Shown: positions 40,514 through 50,069, counted from the first letter of the stretch. The stretch is 64,000 bases of DNA from Candidatus Hydrothermarchaeum profundi (GCA_002011125.2 MTMF02000009.1:744989-808988), one strand, 5' to 3'. Translations and numbers: made by a program. Notes: a model not told the origin generated them from the letters alone.

Positions 40514-41100
40514 ATATAATGGACAAAGAGGGCTATTTCTCCGCAAGAGATATAGTAGACTACGCATACTGTCCTAGAACAATATACTTCCGCTACTGTA
40601 TAAAAGCAGGGAAAGAAAAAACGCCAAAAATGAATAAAGGGCAGGAGTTGCATGAGTCTTTCACAGACAAGTCTAAAAGAACAAAAATCGTGAGAAAGTT
40701 GCCAAGGCTCCCTAAGAGATACAGCGTCAGGCTATCCTCAAGAAAGTATCATTTCAATACGATGGTAGATTGCATTATTTTAGATAACTCTAAGGCTTAT
40801 CCAATAGAATTCAAATACTCTTTAAAGCCAAAATACCTATACAATACTCATAAGTATCAGCTTGTCGCGCAGGCAATGGCAATAGAAGAAGAGCTAGGTA
40901 AGATAGTGCCTTACGGTTACATAAAATATGTAGATGGTTCTACAGCCAGGGTTTCAATTACTCAAAAGTTAAAGGAGAAGGTAGCTAATATTCTCCTTGA
41001 GATGGAAGACATAATAAGGTTCGAAAGGCTCCCGAAAGAAACGTCATCGAAGAAGAGATGCAATTCGTGTTTTTACATAAACCTATGTAGAAGACTGTAG
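40510..41100 (+). CDS. cas4: Cas4
   Basis: YCPR, G..LH, VDC, IEFK, QLVAQA and C..C.Y...C motifs. Confidence 0.95.
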   Translation: MNIMDKEGYFSARDIVDYAYCPRTIYFRYCIKAGKEKTPKMNKGQELHESFTDKSKRTKIVRKLPRLPKRYSVRLSSRKYHFNTMVDCIILDNSKAYPIEFKYSLKPKYLYNTHKYQLVAQAMAIEEELGKIVPYGYIKYVDGSTARVSITQKLKEKVANILLEMEDIIRFERLPKETSSKKRCNSCFYINLCRRL

Positions 41101-41103
41101 AAA

Positions 41104-41229
41104 GCCGAAAAATATAAATTCTCGGTAGGTCTTTATAAAGGATGGTGCAAAAAGGAGACTCACCTGAGAAGCCTTCTGAAAGGAGGAAAATCAGGCGAGT
41201 TTAGGCGAAAATAAGGAATTTTATAGCCT
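41104..41229 (+). promoter_or_regulatory. CRISPR leader 2
   Basis: Identical to 25617..25742; abuts the first repeat. Confidence 0.9.
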
Positions 41230-43733
41230 GTTGCAGAAGTCGATCTAGTAAAACAAGGATTGAAACAGTCTACAGGGTCGCTAGTAGTTAAGGATACTAA
41301 TAGTTGCAGAAGTCGATCTAGTAAAACAAGGATTGAAACATGTTCCACAATCTAGAATATGAGCGAGAAATTCTTTGTTGCAGAAGTCGATCTAGTAAAA
41401 CAAGGATTGAAACCTTATACATCAGGCCATGTTCAACAAAATTACTGCACGTTGCAGAAGTCGATCTAGTAAAACAAGGATTGAAACAACTCAAACGAGG
41501 CACGTGCTTTGGCGGCCTCGTAGTGTTGCAGAAGTCGATCTAGTAAAACAAGGATTGAAACATCGAAGACGGAGTTGACAAAAACTCCAGCCTTTTCGTT
41601 GCAGAAGTCGATCTAGTAAAACAAGGATTGAAACCATAATATACCGAGATATACGAGGATATATAAAAACTTGTTGCAGAAGTCGATCTAGTAAAACAAG
41701 GATTGAAACTCCCAGACGAGATAGACGATACCGACTCTCTATACGTTGCAGAAGTCGATCTAGTAAAACAAGGATTGAAACCACCGGCACAGGCATGGCA
41801 GCCGCCAGGGGATACAGGTTGCAGAAGTCGATCTAGTAAAACAAGGATTGAAACGGGGTATACGTGCACCTCAGCGGCAGGGACGTCGACGAGTTGCAGA
41901 AGTCGATCTAGTAAAACAAGGATTGAAACGTTTCCAAGACTTGATATTTATGTAGATTCCTAGCAGTTGCAGAAGTCGATCTAGTAAAACAAGGATTGAA
42001 ACGTCTCAGTGAGCAGGCGGATAGACTTTGAAGACTACGGTTGCAGAAGTCGATCTAGTAAAACAAGGATTGAAACATGTTGATAGCGATAGTGATTTTG
42101 AGAGCGGATTAAAGAGTTGCAGAAGTCGATCTAGTAAAACAAGGATTGAAACTCTTGAACGGATGCATCTCTCGCCAGTCCCTTATCTCTGTTGCAGAAG
42201 TCGATCTAGTAAAACAAGGATTGAAACACCATAAAGCTATTGTTCAATATTCCGAGTGTAAACAAGTTGCAGAAGTCGATCTAGTAAAACAAGGATTGAA
42301 ACTTGCATTTACCGAGGAGCCTTATCTCAGTGCTTTTACCGTTGCAGAAGTCGATCTAGTAAAACAAGGATTGAAACAATTGCCGGAATTCCAGCCAGTT
42401 CTTTTCTATACGTACAAGTTGCAGAAGTCGATCTAGTAAAACAAGGATTGAAACCACTACGCAAAGGCACTAAGCGTAGGCTTCCAGAGGTAAGTTGCAG
42501 AAGTCGATCTAGTAAAACAAGGATTGAAACACCTTAACCTCTTTTTTTGCCTCAACACTATGAGACTTGTTGCAGAAGTCGATCTAGTAAAACAAGGATT
42601 GAAACTGTGACATACGGTCTTGATATATACACATTAAAGCCTGTTGCAGAAGTCGATCTAGTAAAACAAGGATTGAAACTCCTTAATAGTCTTTCCAACT
42701 CAAAGAAATTATCTTCAGTTGCAGAAGTCGATCTAGTAAAACAAGGATTGAAACATATTTATCAACAGATATTACCTCAAATTTTCTATCAGTTGCAGAA
42801 GTCGATCTAGTAAAACAAGGATTGAAACTGTGACATACGGTCTTGATATATACACATTAAAGCCTGTTGCAGAAGTCGATCTAGTAAAACAAGGATTGAA
42901 ACTCCTTAATAGTCTTTCCAACTCAAAGAAATTATCTTCAGTTGCAGAAGTCGATCTAGTAAAACAAGGATTGAAACATATTTATCAACAGATATTACCT
43001 CAAATTTTCTATCAGTTGCAGAAGTCGATCTAGTAAAACAAGGATTGAAACATCATATAGAGCGTCTAAGAACTTATTCCAATTTCTGTTGCAGAAGTCG
43101 ATCTAGTAAAACAAGGATTGAAACTCCTCACTTAGCTCGATGCCCGCCTCATACTTATCTATAATAGTTGCAGAAGTCGATCTAGTAAAACAAGGATTGA
43201 AACTGCTCGGCATTACTCAGCTCTTCATACCATTCTGTAGCGTTGCAGAAGTCGATCTAGTAAAACAAGGATTGAAACAGATCCTCAAACATATTTCATC
43301 ACTCCTTACATTTTTTTTGTTGCAGAAGTCGATCTAGTAAAACAAGGATTGAAACAAATAATCCAGGATTAAACCAGTATGCTGTTAGCTCATTAGGTTG
43401 CAGAAGTCGATCTAGTAAAACAAGGATTGAAACGGGATTTTCTGCAACTCTCTGTCTAATATCTTTTGTAAGTTGCAGAAGTCGATCTAGTAAAACAAGG
43501 ATTGAAACTGGTGTAGCTTCGTGTTGTGTCAAATTTAATATCCTCGTTGCAGAAGTCGATCTAGTAAAACAAGGATTGAAACAATTCATTTTTCAATTTC
43601 CAAACTCTTGGCGTCTTTTTGTTGCAGAAGTCGATCTAGTAAAACAAGGATTGAAACCCTGCCAAGCCTTTCAACGTTGCAATCTGAACTGGCAGAGTTG
43701 CAGAAGTCGATCTAGTAAAACAAGGATTGAAAC
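41230..43733 (+). CRISPR. CRISPR array 2: 34 repeats / 33 spacers
   Basis: Same 37-bp repeat as array 1; 3' ATTGAAAC and the leader position give + orientation. Confidence 0.98.
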
Positions 43734-43811
43734 GGGTGGAGTAGAGTTATAAGTGTTGGAGTTAATTATCATGAATAGAGTATCTTCTACTCTAGCAGAG
43801 GAGAATGGTAT

Positions 43812-44120
43812 ATGGAGCCTAAAAGAATCAAAGAACTCGTTGAAAATGATGACTTCGTTATTTCGAGCCACGCAAGAACGAGAATGTTCCAGAGGAATGT
43901 CTCTACTGATGAGATTAAAAGCATTATACTCCTCGGTGAAGTAATTGAGGAGTACCCAGATGACGAGCCCTGTCCTTCGGTCCTAATCTTAGGTTTTCTA
44001 AAGGATGCTCCCTACCATGTTGTTGTGGCAGAATGCTTAGACCATGTTAGGATAATAACAGTTTATAACCCAGAAGCGGATAAATGGGTTGACTACCGGA
44101 AAAGGAGGAGCCGAAATTGA
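43812..44120 (+). CDS. DUF4258 family putative toxin
   Basis: SSHARTRMFQR, GEVIEEYPDD..PS.L and IITVYNP motifs. Confidence 0.88.
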   Translation: MEPKRIKELVENDDFVISSHARTRMFQRNVSTDEIKSIILLGEVIEEYPDDEPCPSVLILGFLKDAPYHVVVAECLDHVRIITVYNPEADKWVDYRKRRSRN

Positions 44121-44362
44121 AGCCTAGGAAATGTGGCCTGTGTAAGGGAAGACTTCAAAAAGGAAAAACGGAATTCACAGTAAAGGTTGAGAAGACGATC
44201 CTCTCTATTAAGGATGTGCCAGCCTATGTATGTCAGGAGTGTGGAGAGGCCTACTTCACCCCAAGGATCTCGCGGAAGATCGACAAGGTAATGAAGGAGT
44301 TTCACGAAGGCAGACTTTTGGCTTATCCAATCGCTGCTGGAGAAATCAGGCTCGAAGCCTAA
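44117..44362 (+). CDS. YgiT/MqsA-type zinc-finger antitoxin
   Basis: CGLC...VPAYVCQECGEAYF; overlaps the DUF4258 stop. Confidence 0.88.
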   Translation: MKPRKCGLCKGRLQKGKTEFTVKVEKTILSIKDVPAYVCQECGEAYFTPRISRKIDKVMKEFHEGRLLAYPIAAGEIRLEA

Positions 44363-44403
44363 AAAGTTTTAGCTATTTTTATCTATTGATTCTAAGTATC
44401 CAA

Positions 44404-44585
44404 TTTGCAGGTTAAATACTAGAGGGAGTTATTAGATTGAGGCTATATACTGGGAGGTTATTAATAGCCTCAGTAAGTTCTATGATTCCGTTGCAGAAGT
44501 CGATCTAGTAAAAGGAATTGGAATGCTCTCGTCAACGAAAGCAAACTCCAGTGCTTATTCAGGTTGTAAAAGTTAATTTCGTAAT
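44404..44585 (+). CRISPR. Degenerate trailer mini-array (one strong and two weak repeat copies)
   Basis: 44490-44513 is an exact 24-nt match to the repeat 5' part, followed by GGAATTGGAAT; weak copies near 44404-44443 (TTGCAG..CTAG..GATTGA) and 44563 (GTTGTAAAAG). Confidence 0.65.
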
Positions 44586-44705
44586 TTTTCTGTATAATAG
44601 ACTCTAATTTTGATGAAAATAACTTCTTCACTTTCCTTCCAAAAAGGTTTCAATATAGAAATCTAGTTAGACGATATTTTTCTATAACTCTATATATCTA
44701 TAGAG

Positions 44706-44909
44706 TTGAAGATTATGTCTACCACAATAATGGTTCGTGAGGATCTCATGAAGATGCTTAACAAATTGAAAAAGGAGACCGGAGCAAAAAGCTATGACGA
44801 GTTGCTAAGGAAGCTACTAAAGAGAGCGAAGAGATTGGAAAAAACCCATTTTGGGACTCTGCCGGATATTAAGAGCTTTGAGAGGGAGGAACTTGACCGT
44901 TTTGATTGA
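44706..44909 (+). CDS. VapB-type antitoxin
   Basis: TTIMV...LNKLK...SYDELLRKLL; overlaps the PIN gene. Confidence 0.85.
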   Translation: MKIMSTTIMVREDLMKMLNKLKKETGAKSYDELLRKLLKRAKRLEKTHFGTLPDIKSFEREELDRFD

Positions 44910-45267
44910 CTCTTGGGCCTGGATAGAATATTTTAAAGGCTCGGAGGCAGGGGCTAAAGCGAGGAAAATCATCGAGGGCGATGAGGAGTCCATCGTGAGC
45001 ACGATAAACCTGGCAGAGGTCTACCAATGGATTCTCAGGTTTTATGGTGAAAAGACTGCAGATGAGAAGATAGAGGTTATTAAAAAGAGGTGTTTTGTGG
45101 TAGATGTTGACCCAGAAATTGCGATAGCTAGTGCAATGATTAAGCACGATATGGAATTTGGTTTGGGCGATGCTATCGTGCTAGCTACTGCCAGGCGTGA
45201 GAATGCTAAGGTGTTGACAGGCGACCCAGATTTTGAAAACCTGGAAGATGCGGTATGGCTTGGTTAG
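44893..45267 (+). CDS. vapC: VapC PIN-domain toxin
   Basis: IDSWAWIEY, NLAEV, GDAIVLATA and TGDPDF motifs; RBS GGAGG before the TTG. Confidence 0.92.
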   Translation: MTVLIDSWAWIEYFKGSEAGAKARKIIEGDEESIVSTINLAEVYQWILRFYGEKTADEKIEVIKKRCFVVDVDPEIAIASAMIKHDMEFGLGDAIVLATARRENAKVLTGDPDFENLEDAVWLG

Positions 45268-45320
45268 GCTCCGTTATAGAATCCTGAAGCACTTAAAAGT
45301 TATCTGGAGGTGAGCTAAAA

Positions 45321-45449
45321 TTGAGATACTGTCCGCTACTTAACAAGCCTTGTGATACTAAATGTGAGTGGCGAAGGGAAGATAAGTGCGTACTGCATGT
45401 TATTGCAGACGCTGTCGGAGAGATTGCGTTGTCTTCACCGATAATTTAA
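45321..45449 (+). CDS. Small Cys-rich protein (42 aa), below the ORF-track cutoff
   Basis: RBS GGAGGTGA then TTG; MRYCPLLNKPCDTKCEWRREDKCVLHVIADAVGEIALSSPII*. Confidence 0.65.
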   Translation: MRYCPLLNKPCDTKCEWRREDKCVLHVIADAVGEIALSSPII

Positions 45450-45454
45450 ATAAA

Positions 45455-45775
45455 TTAAATATACTCTGAATTCTTCAACACTCTTGCTTTATAGGGGCCT
45501 GAAAATATTTCTAAGTTAAGGATTTCTTCCTCACTTATGATTGAAGGGTCATAAATAATGGTCCCAGAGTTATTCTTCTGACTTATTTCTGCTCTCAGTA
45601 TGCCATGCGTATTCGTCAGGTACGCCTGAATGGTAGCAGCGCAACTTGGACAAGTCATACCCTCTATCTCAAGCTCGAGGAGTCTGGCATTCGACGGTAT
45701 CTCCTTAGTCTGGGTTTCTGCAGAGCCGACACATCCTATAAAAAATAGTAGCAAGATTAAGATAACTCTTTTCAT
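45455..45775 (-). CDS. Exported heavy-metal-associated (HMA) lipoprotein-like protein
   Basis: Lipobox-like FIGC; GMTCPSC. Confidence 0.85.
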   Translation of the reverse strand: MKRVILILLLFFIGCVGSAETQTKEIPSNARLLELEIEGMTCPSCAATIQAYLTNTHGILRAEISQKNNSGTIIYDPSIISEEEILNLEIFSGPYKARVLKNSEYI

Positions 45776-46554
45776 GTCATCACCACAGAAAAAGCTAGGT
45801 AAATCCCAACAACAGCTATTATGATTCCGCTGAATTTCTTTATTCTATTAGTTGAAACAGCTAAATTCCTTATTAAAGTGTCCTTTGAGTATGCTACTAG
45901 GTACGAGACCGTCACCATGAGGATCGCTTTTGCTAGAGCATAGCTTAAAAAAGCTAAGAGTCCAATAGAGAGCATTCTGTTAAACAATGGGTAGATAACC
46001 AATACTAGGAAAATTGGGAGAGTACATCCAAGCGCAGTAGCTCCATAGGCTATCCCAAACAAAAAGAATGGCAATGGTCCACCGTCTTTACTCTTAGAAT
46101 ATAATCTACCAGCAGCAGAGCTAAGATTGTCAAGATAAAATGAGCCAGTATAAAGTAGGACACCTAAAAAGATGAAAATAAAGCCAATAAAAGGCTTAAA
46201 ATACACTAAAAGGGGGCTTATAGCAGACCCTAAGATTGAGAATAGCACTCCTAGAATCAAGTAGAAACAGAGTATCCCAGATGCTGTTGCCAGCCCCAAA
46301 TAAGCAGGACCTATACTCCTTCTTGTATCTAACCCCAAGTAATAGGAAGCATATCCTGGGAGAAGAGCAAAAGCGCAAGGAGCAAAAAAAGATGCTATAC
46401 CAGCGAGGAATGCAAACAAGAGAAAAAAAGCATCACTTTGCTTTATTCTTCCTACCTCATGCAGTACAAAGTTGTTCCATAGATACCAGCCTGCAACCAT
46501 AAGAAGAGCGAAGCCTATGGTGACGTTTAATAAAAAAGTATATTCTCTTTTCAT
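45772..46554 (-). CDS. CcdA/DsbD-type membrane thiol-redox protein
   Basis: FFAPCAFALLP and GCTLP motifs; multiple TM helices. Confidence 0.85.
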   Translation of the reverse strand: MKREYTFLLNVTIGFALLMVAGWYLWNNFVLHEVGRIKQSDAFFLLFAFLAGIASFFAPCAFALLPGYASYYLGLDTRRSIGPAYLGLATASGILCFYLILGVLFSILGSAISPLLVYFKPFIGFIFIFLGVLLYTGSFYLDNLSSAAGRLYSKSKDGGPLPFFLFGIAYGATALGCTLPIFLVLVIYPLFNRMLSIGLLAFLSYALAKAILMVTVSYLVAYSKDTLIRNLAVSTNRIKKFSGIIIAVVGIYLAFSVVMT

Positions 46555-46865
46555 GCTACTATATACCCATGATTGAGGAGGGCCTGCCTAAACTCTGAAT
46601 CTTTGGTCTTGGAGGGATCAAAGGAAACTTCTACAAGCTTTGTTTTAATATCTACCTTAACCTCATAAGCACCATCGAATTCTAGGATAATTTTTTTAAT
46701 GGTTCTCGCGCAGCCCTCACATGCCATATTTTCAACTTTAAAACTAACTGTCTGTAGTGGATAACCTTCAGACAGAGTTTTAGCATCTTCTCTGCTCTCA
46801 CTTGAAGATCGACGCAGAAGGGAAAATAGTTTAGCTAACATCATCATCAGCGGATTAGATAACAT
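46551..46865 (-). CDS. HMA-domain metallochaperone (CopZ-like)
   Basis: NMACEGC motif. Confidence 0.85.
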   Translation of the reverse strand: MLSNPLMMMLAKLFSLLRRSSSESREDAKTLSEGYPLQTVSFKVENMACEGCARTIKKIILEFDGAYEVKVDIKTKLVEVSFDPSKTKDSEFRQALLNHGYIVA

Positions 46866-46905
46866 TTACGAAAATTTTCGTAACGGTAATAAATTATTTG
46901 TATAT

Positions 46906-47457
46906 ATGGCTGAAATCTTTCAAAAGCCGGTTAAGGTGAAAAATCTAATTGCGTTGGATGTGAGTAAGGCTCGGGCACTAGAAGATCCTCTCCGCATCAG
47001 GATACTTGACTTCCTCATACAAAAACCGATGTCTATCGAAGACCTAGCTAAGGAACTAAAGGAGAGAGGGATCGAAAAAGCTCCAACAACTATTAGGCAT
47101 CATATTGAAATTCTCAAAAAAGCAGGACTCATAGAGCTTACTAGACTAAAAGAAGCAAGGGGAGGCATGTTGAAATATTATGCTTCTAACACCAAAATAC
47201 TAAACTACAAAATTCCAGAAGACTTCGATGATAGGCTGAAGACATCTATTGAAAAAGCTAGAGAGGAAGTTAAACACCTGCTGGCAAAACTGCTTCAAGA
47301 ACATGGTGAAGAAATAAAAGCAGTTGCAGAGGACCTGAAACCGTGCCCTTATTGCAGCACCCAACACTTTATTGAGTACGTGTTAATCCAAATCCTAAAT
47401 AGGGCATTGGTGGAAGCTCTCCAGGAGCACAGATATCCTGCTCTAGAGGGAATGTGA
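46906..47457 (+). CDS. ArsR-family regulator with C-terminal CPYC
   Basis: ALEDPLRIRIL, TIRHHIEILKKAGLI and KPCPYC motifs. Confidence 0.88.
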   Translation: MAEIFQKPVKVKNLIALDVSKARALEDPLRIRILDFLIQKPMSIEDLAKELKERGIEKAPTTIRHHIEILKKAGLIELTRLKEARGGMLKYYASNTKILNYKIPEDFDDRLKTSIEKAREEVKHLLAKLLQEHGEEIKAVAEDLKPCPYCSTQHFIEYVLIQILNRALVEALQEHRYPALEGM

Positions 47458-49859
47458 TGGAAAAACATCACATAAGGATAGGAAGGATGTCCTGTTCGTT
47501 TTGTGCAGAGACCATCAAGAAAGCTCTTACCAGGGTAGATGGAGTAAGCAAAGTGAATGTAAGCCTTGCCCATGAAGAGGCTCTTATAGAATACGATCCA
47601 GAGAAGGTTGACGCTGGGAGATTGGATGAGATATTGATGCAACTTGGGTATACTGTCCGTGACCCAAGGAAAATGAGGACTTTTGAAGAGGAAGAAGTTG
47701 AAATAAAACGAGAGAAACAGAGGCTTCTTATATCGGCTGTTTTTACTGGCGTAGCAGTGGTATTGATGATCCTCATGCGGTTAGGATACCAGCACCTCTG
47801 GTTCAAGTGGCTGATGATGGGGCTGGCACTAATGACAGTATTTGGCCCGGGATTTTACATTTTGAAGATGGCACTTTACTCTCTCCGCAGAGGAATATTG
47901 AATCAGCACGTGCTATTAGAGTTTGGAGCGTTTGCGGGACTAACGGGTGGATTCGTGGGATTCCTCATAAAGGACTTCCCAATTGCTGACTTCTTCGCCG
48001 TAGCTGTTTTTATTACAACTTATCATATTCTCTCAGGTTATACATCGTTGATCGTCCGTACCCGCGCCTCGCAAGCCGTGAGAAAATTGCTGGATCTTCA
48101 GCCACAGAAGGCTAGAGTAATCAGAGACGGTAAAGAGAAAATGGTGCCGATTGAGGGGGTAGTGAAAGGAGATTTGGTGAGCATACGTCCGGGTGAAAGA
48201 ATCCCTGTCGATGGAGAAGTAATAGACGGTTATTCTGCTGTAGATGAGAGCATAGTAACTGGTGAATCTATTCCCATTGATAAGAAACTAGGTGACGAGG
48301 TAATCGGAGGATCATATAATCAGCTAGGAAATCTCTTAGTGAGGGTTTCACGGATAGGCGAAGAAAGCTTCCTCCAGCAAATTGCCAGACACATCGAGGA
48401 AGCCAGGGCAATGAAGCCAGGAATTGTTCAAGTAGTAGACAAAGTACTCAAGTATTATGTTCCAGTAGTACTATTATTTGCTGCTGCAGGCATGGTAATC
48501 TGGACAGTAGGAGCATGGCTAATCAAAGGAGAGACAAACCTTATCCGGGGCACTTTTGCTGCACTCGCCGTTTTAATAATGGGCTATCCATGTGCTCTTG
48601 GAATGGCTACGCCTCTAGCGATGATCCGTGGGGGCGGATTAGCTGCGGAAAAAGGGATCTTAATGCGCTCTAGCAACGCATTTCAGGCTTTTAAAGAAGT
48701 CAAAAAGCTGATACTCGATAAAACAGGCACTATAACGAAGGGAAAGCCGGAGGTAACTGAGGTTGTATCTTTAAGTAAGATTCCAGATAGGGAGATAATT
48801 ATGATGGCAGCATCAGTTGAAAAGCATTCAGAGCATCCTCTTGGCAAGTCTGTAGTGGAGCACGCACAGAGCCTAGGCGTTGAGTTAAAGAAAGTCAAAA
48901 AATTTTCAGCTGTTCCAGGCGAAGGCGTACGAGCAGAAATGGGTGGGAAAGTTATCCGAGTAGGAAGTCTAAGGTATCTAAAAAAGGAGGGAGTATTAAT
49001 ATCTAGAGGTTCTCAGGAGGCTAAAGCTCTCGAACAGCAAGGGAAAACCGTAATAGCAGTTTCAGTAGGCAGAGAACTTGTAGGTCTCATAGCAGTAGCT
49101 GATGCATTGAAGGAGGATGCGGTAGAAGCCATTCGCAGAATAAAAGAAGCCGGTTTAGAGCCTGTGATGATAACTGGGGATAATCAGCTGATAGCACGTG
49201 TAGTGGCAAATGCTGTCGGCATTGAAGAGGTGATAGCTGAAGTTTTGCCCGAGGAAAAGGCGGAGAAAATAAGAAAGTTGCAGGAAGATGGCTACCGAGT
49301 AGCTATGGTGGGAGACGGAATAAATGATGCTCCTGCTCTTATGCAGGCAGATATTGGCATTGCTATTGGAACTGGGACAGATATAGCTATAGAATCTGCA
49401 GATGTGGTCTTAATCGGTGGAAGTTTAAACGCTATTGTGGATGCCTATTATATTGGAAAAAACTCCTATAAGAAGACGGTTCAGAATCTTATCCTCGCCT
49501 TTAGTTTTAACGGCATAGGTGTGCCAGCAGCTACTACAGGGCTAGTACACCCTGTCTGGGCGATGGTTGCAATGGTAGCTAGCGTGAGCACAGTGTTATT
49601 GAACTCCTTTGGCGGTAGACTATTGCCTACCCGGAGAAAATTTAATAAAGAACTTAGAAAAGTCACTTTCAGAGTCCCGACTATGCACTGCGAGAAATGT
49701 CTCTCTACTATCGCAAAAAGATTATCCGAAATAGAGGGAGTAAACGACATCAAAGGAAGTGTATTAGAGAAGACAGTTACAGTAACCTGTGATGGTAAGA
49801 GAGGTCTAGAGAAAAAACTAAGAGAAGAAATAACAAAACTAGGCCATGTAGCTGGCTGA
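47454..49859 (+). CDS. P1B-type heavy-metal ATPase with N- and C-terminal HMA domains
   Basis: MSCSFC, TGES, YPCALG, DKTGT, SEHP, GDGIND and MHCEKC motifs. Confidence 0.95.
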   Translation: MMEKHHIRIGRMSCSFCAETIKKALTRVDGVSKVNVSLAHEEALIEYDPEKVDAGRLDEILMQLGYTVRDPRKMRTFEEEEVEIKREKQRLLISAVFTGVAVVLMILMRLGYQHLWFKWLMMGLALMTVFGPGFYILKMALYSLRRGILNQHVLLEFGAFAGLTGGFVGFLIKDFPIADFFAVAVFITTYHILSGYTSLIVRTRASQAVRKLLDLQPQKARVIRDGKEKMVPIEGVVKGDLVSIRPGERIPVDGEVIDGYSAVDESIVTGESIPIDKKLGDEVIGGSYNQLGNLLVRVSRIGEESFLQQIARHIEEARAMKPGIVQVVDKVLKYYVPVVLLFAAAGMVIWTVGAWLIKGETNLIRGTFAALAVLIMGYPCALGMATPLAMIRGGGLAAEKGILMRSSNAFQAFKEVKKLILDKTGTITKGKPEVTEVVSLSKIPDREIIMMAASVEKHSEHPLGKSVVEHAQSLGVELKKVKKFSAVPGEGVRAEMGGKVIRVGSLRYLKKEGVLISRGSQEAKALEQQGKTVIAVSVGRELVGLIAVADALKEDAVEAIRRIKEAGLEPVMITGDNQLIARVVANAVGIEEVIAEVLPEEKAEKIRKLQEDGYRVAMVGDGINDAPALMQADIGIAIGTGTDIAIESADVVLIGGSLNAIVDAYYIGKNSYKKTVQNLILAFSFNGIGVPAATTGLVHPVWAMVAMVASVSTVLLNSFGGRLLPTRRKFNKELRKVTFRVPTMHCEKCLSTIAKRLSEIEGVNDIKGSVLEKTVTVTCDGKRGLEKKLREEITKLGHVAG

Positions 49860-50069
49860 GCTCCTTATATACGAAAAATACAGTTAACATTTTCAGACCA
49901 TGATGAACGAATATTCTAGTGCTAGCTAAATTAGGGTTATCTTAAAACCTAAAGACAAATAGACCCAAGTAAGTCTTACTAATCCTCCTAAATATTTTTT
50001 AATTGTTTTTTAGTAAAGAATGATATTATTATAATTAATTATTTTATTGTTAAATAATTATACAATTAT

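Noticed and set aside
25743-43733. Self-targeting spacers within the window
   Set aside because: No spacer match found by eye; an exhaustive alignment was not possible
41160-43871. Many short ORFs with repeated VAEVDLVKQGLK / VSILVLLDRLLQ peptides (also 26735-26917)
   Set aside because: They are translations of CRISPR repeats, not genes
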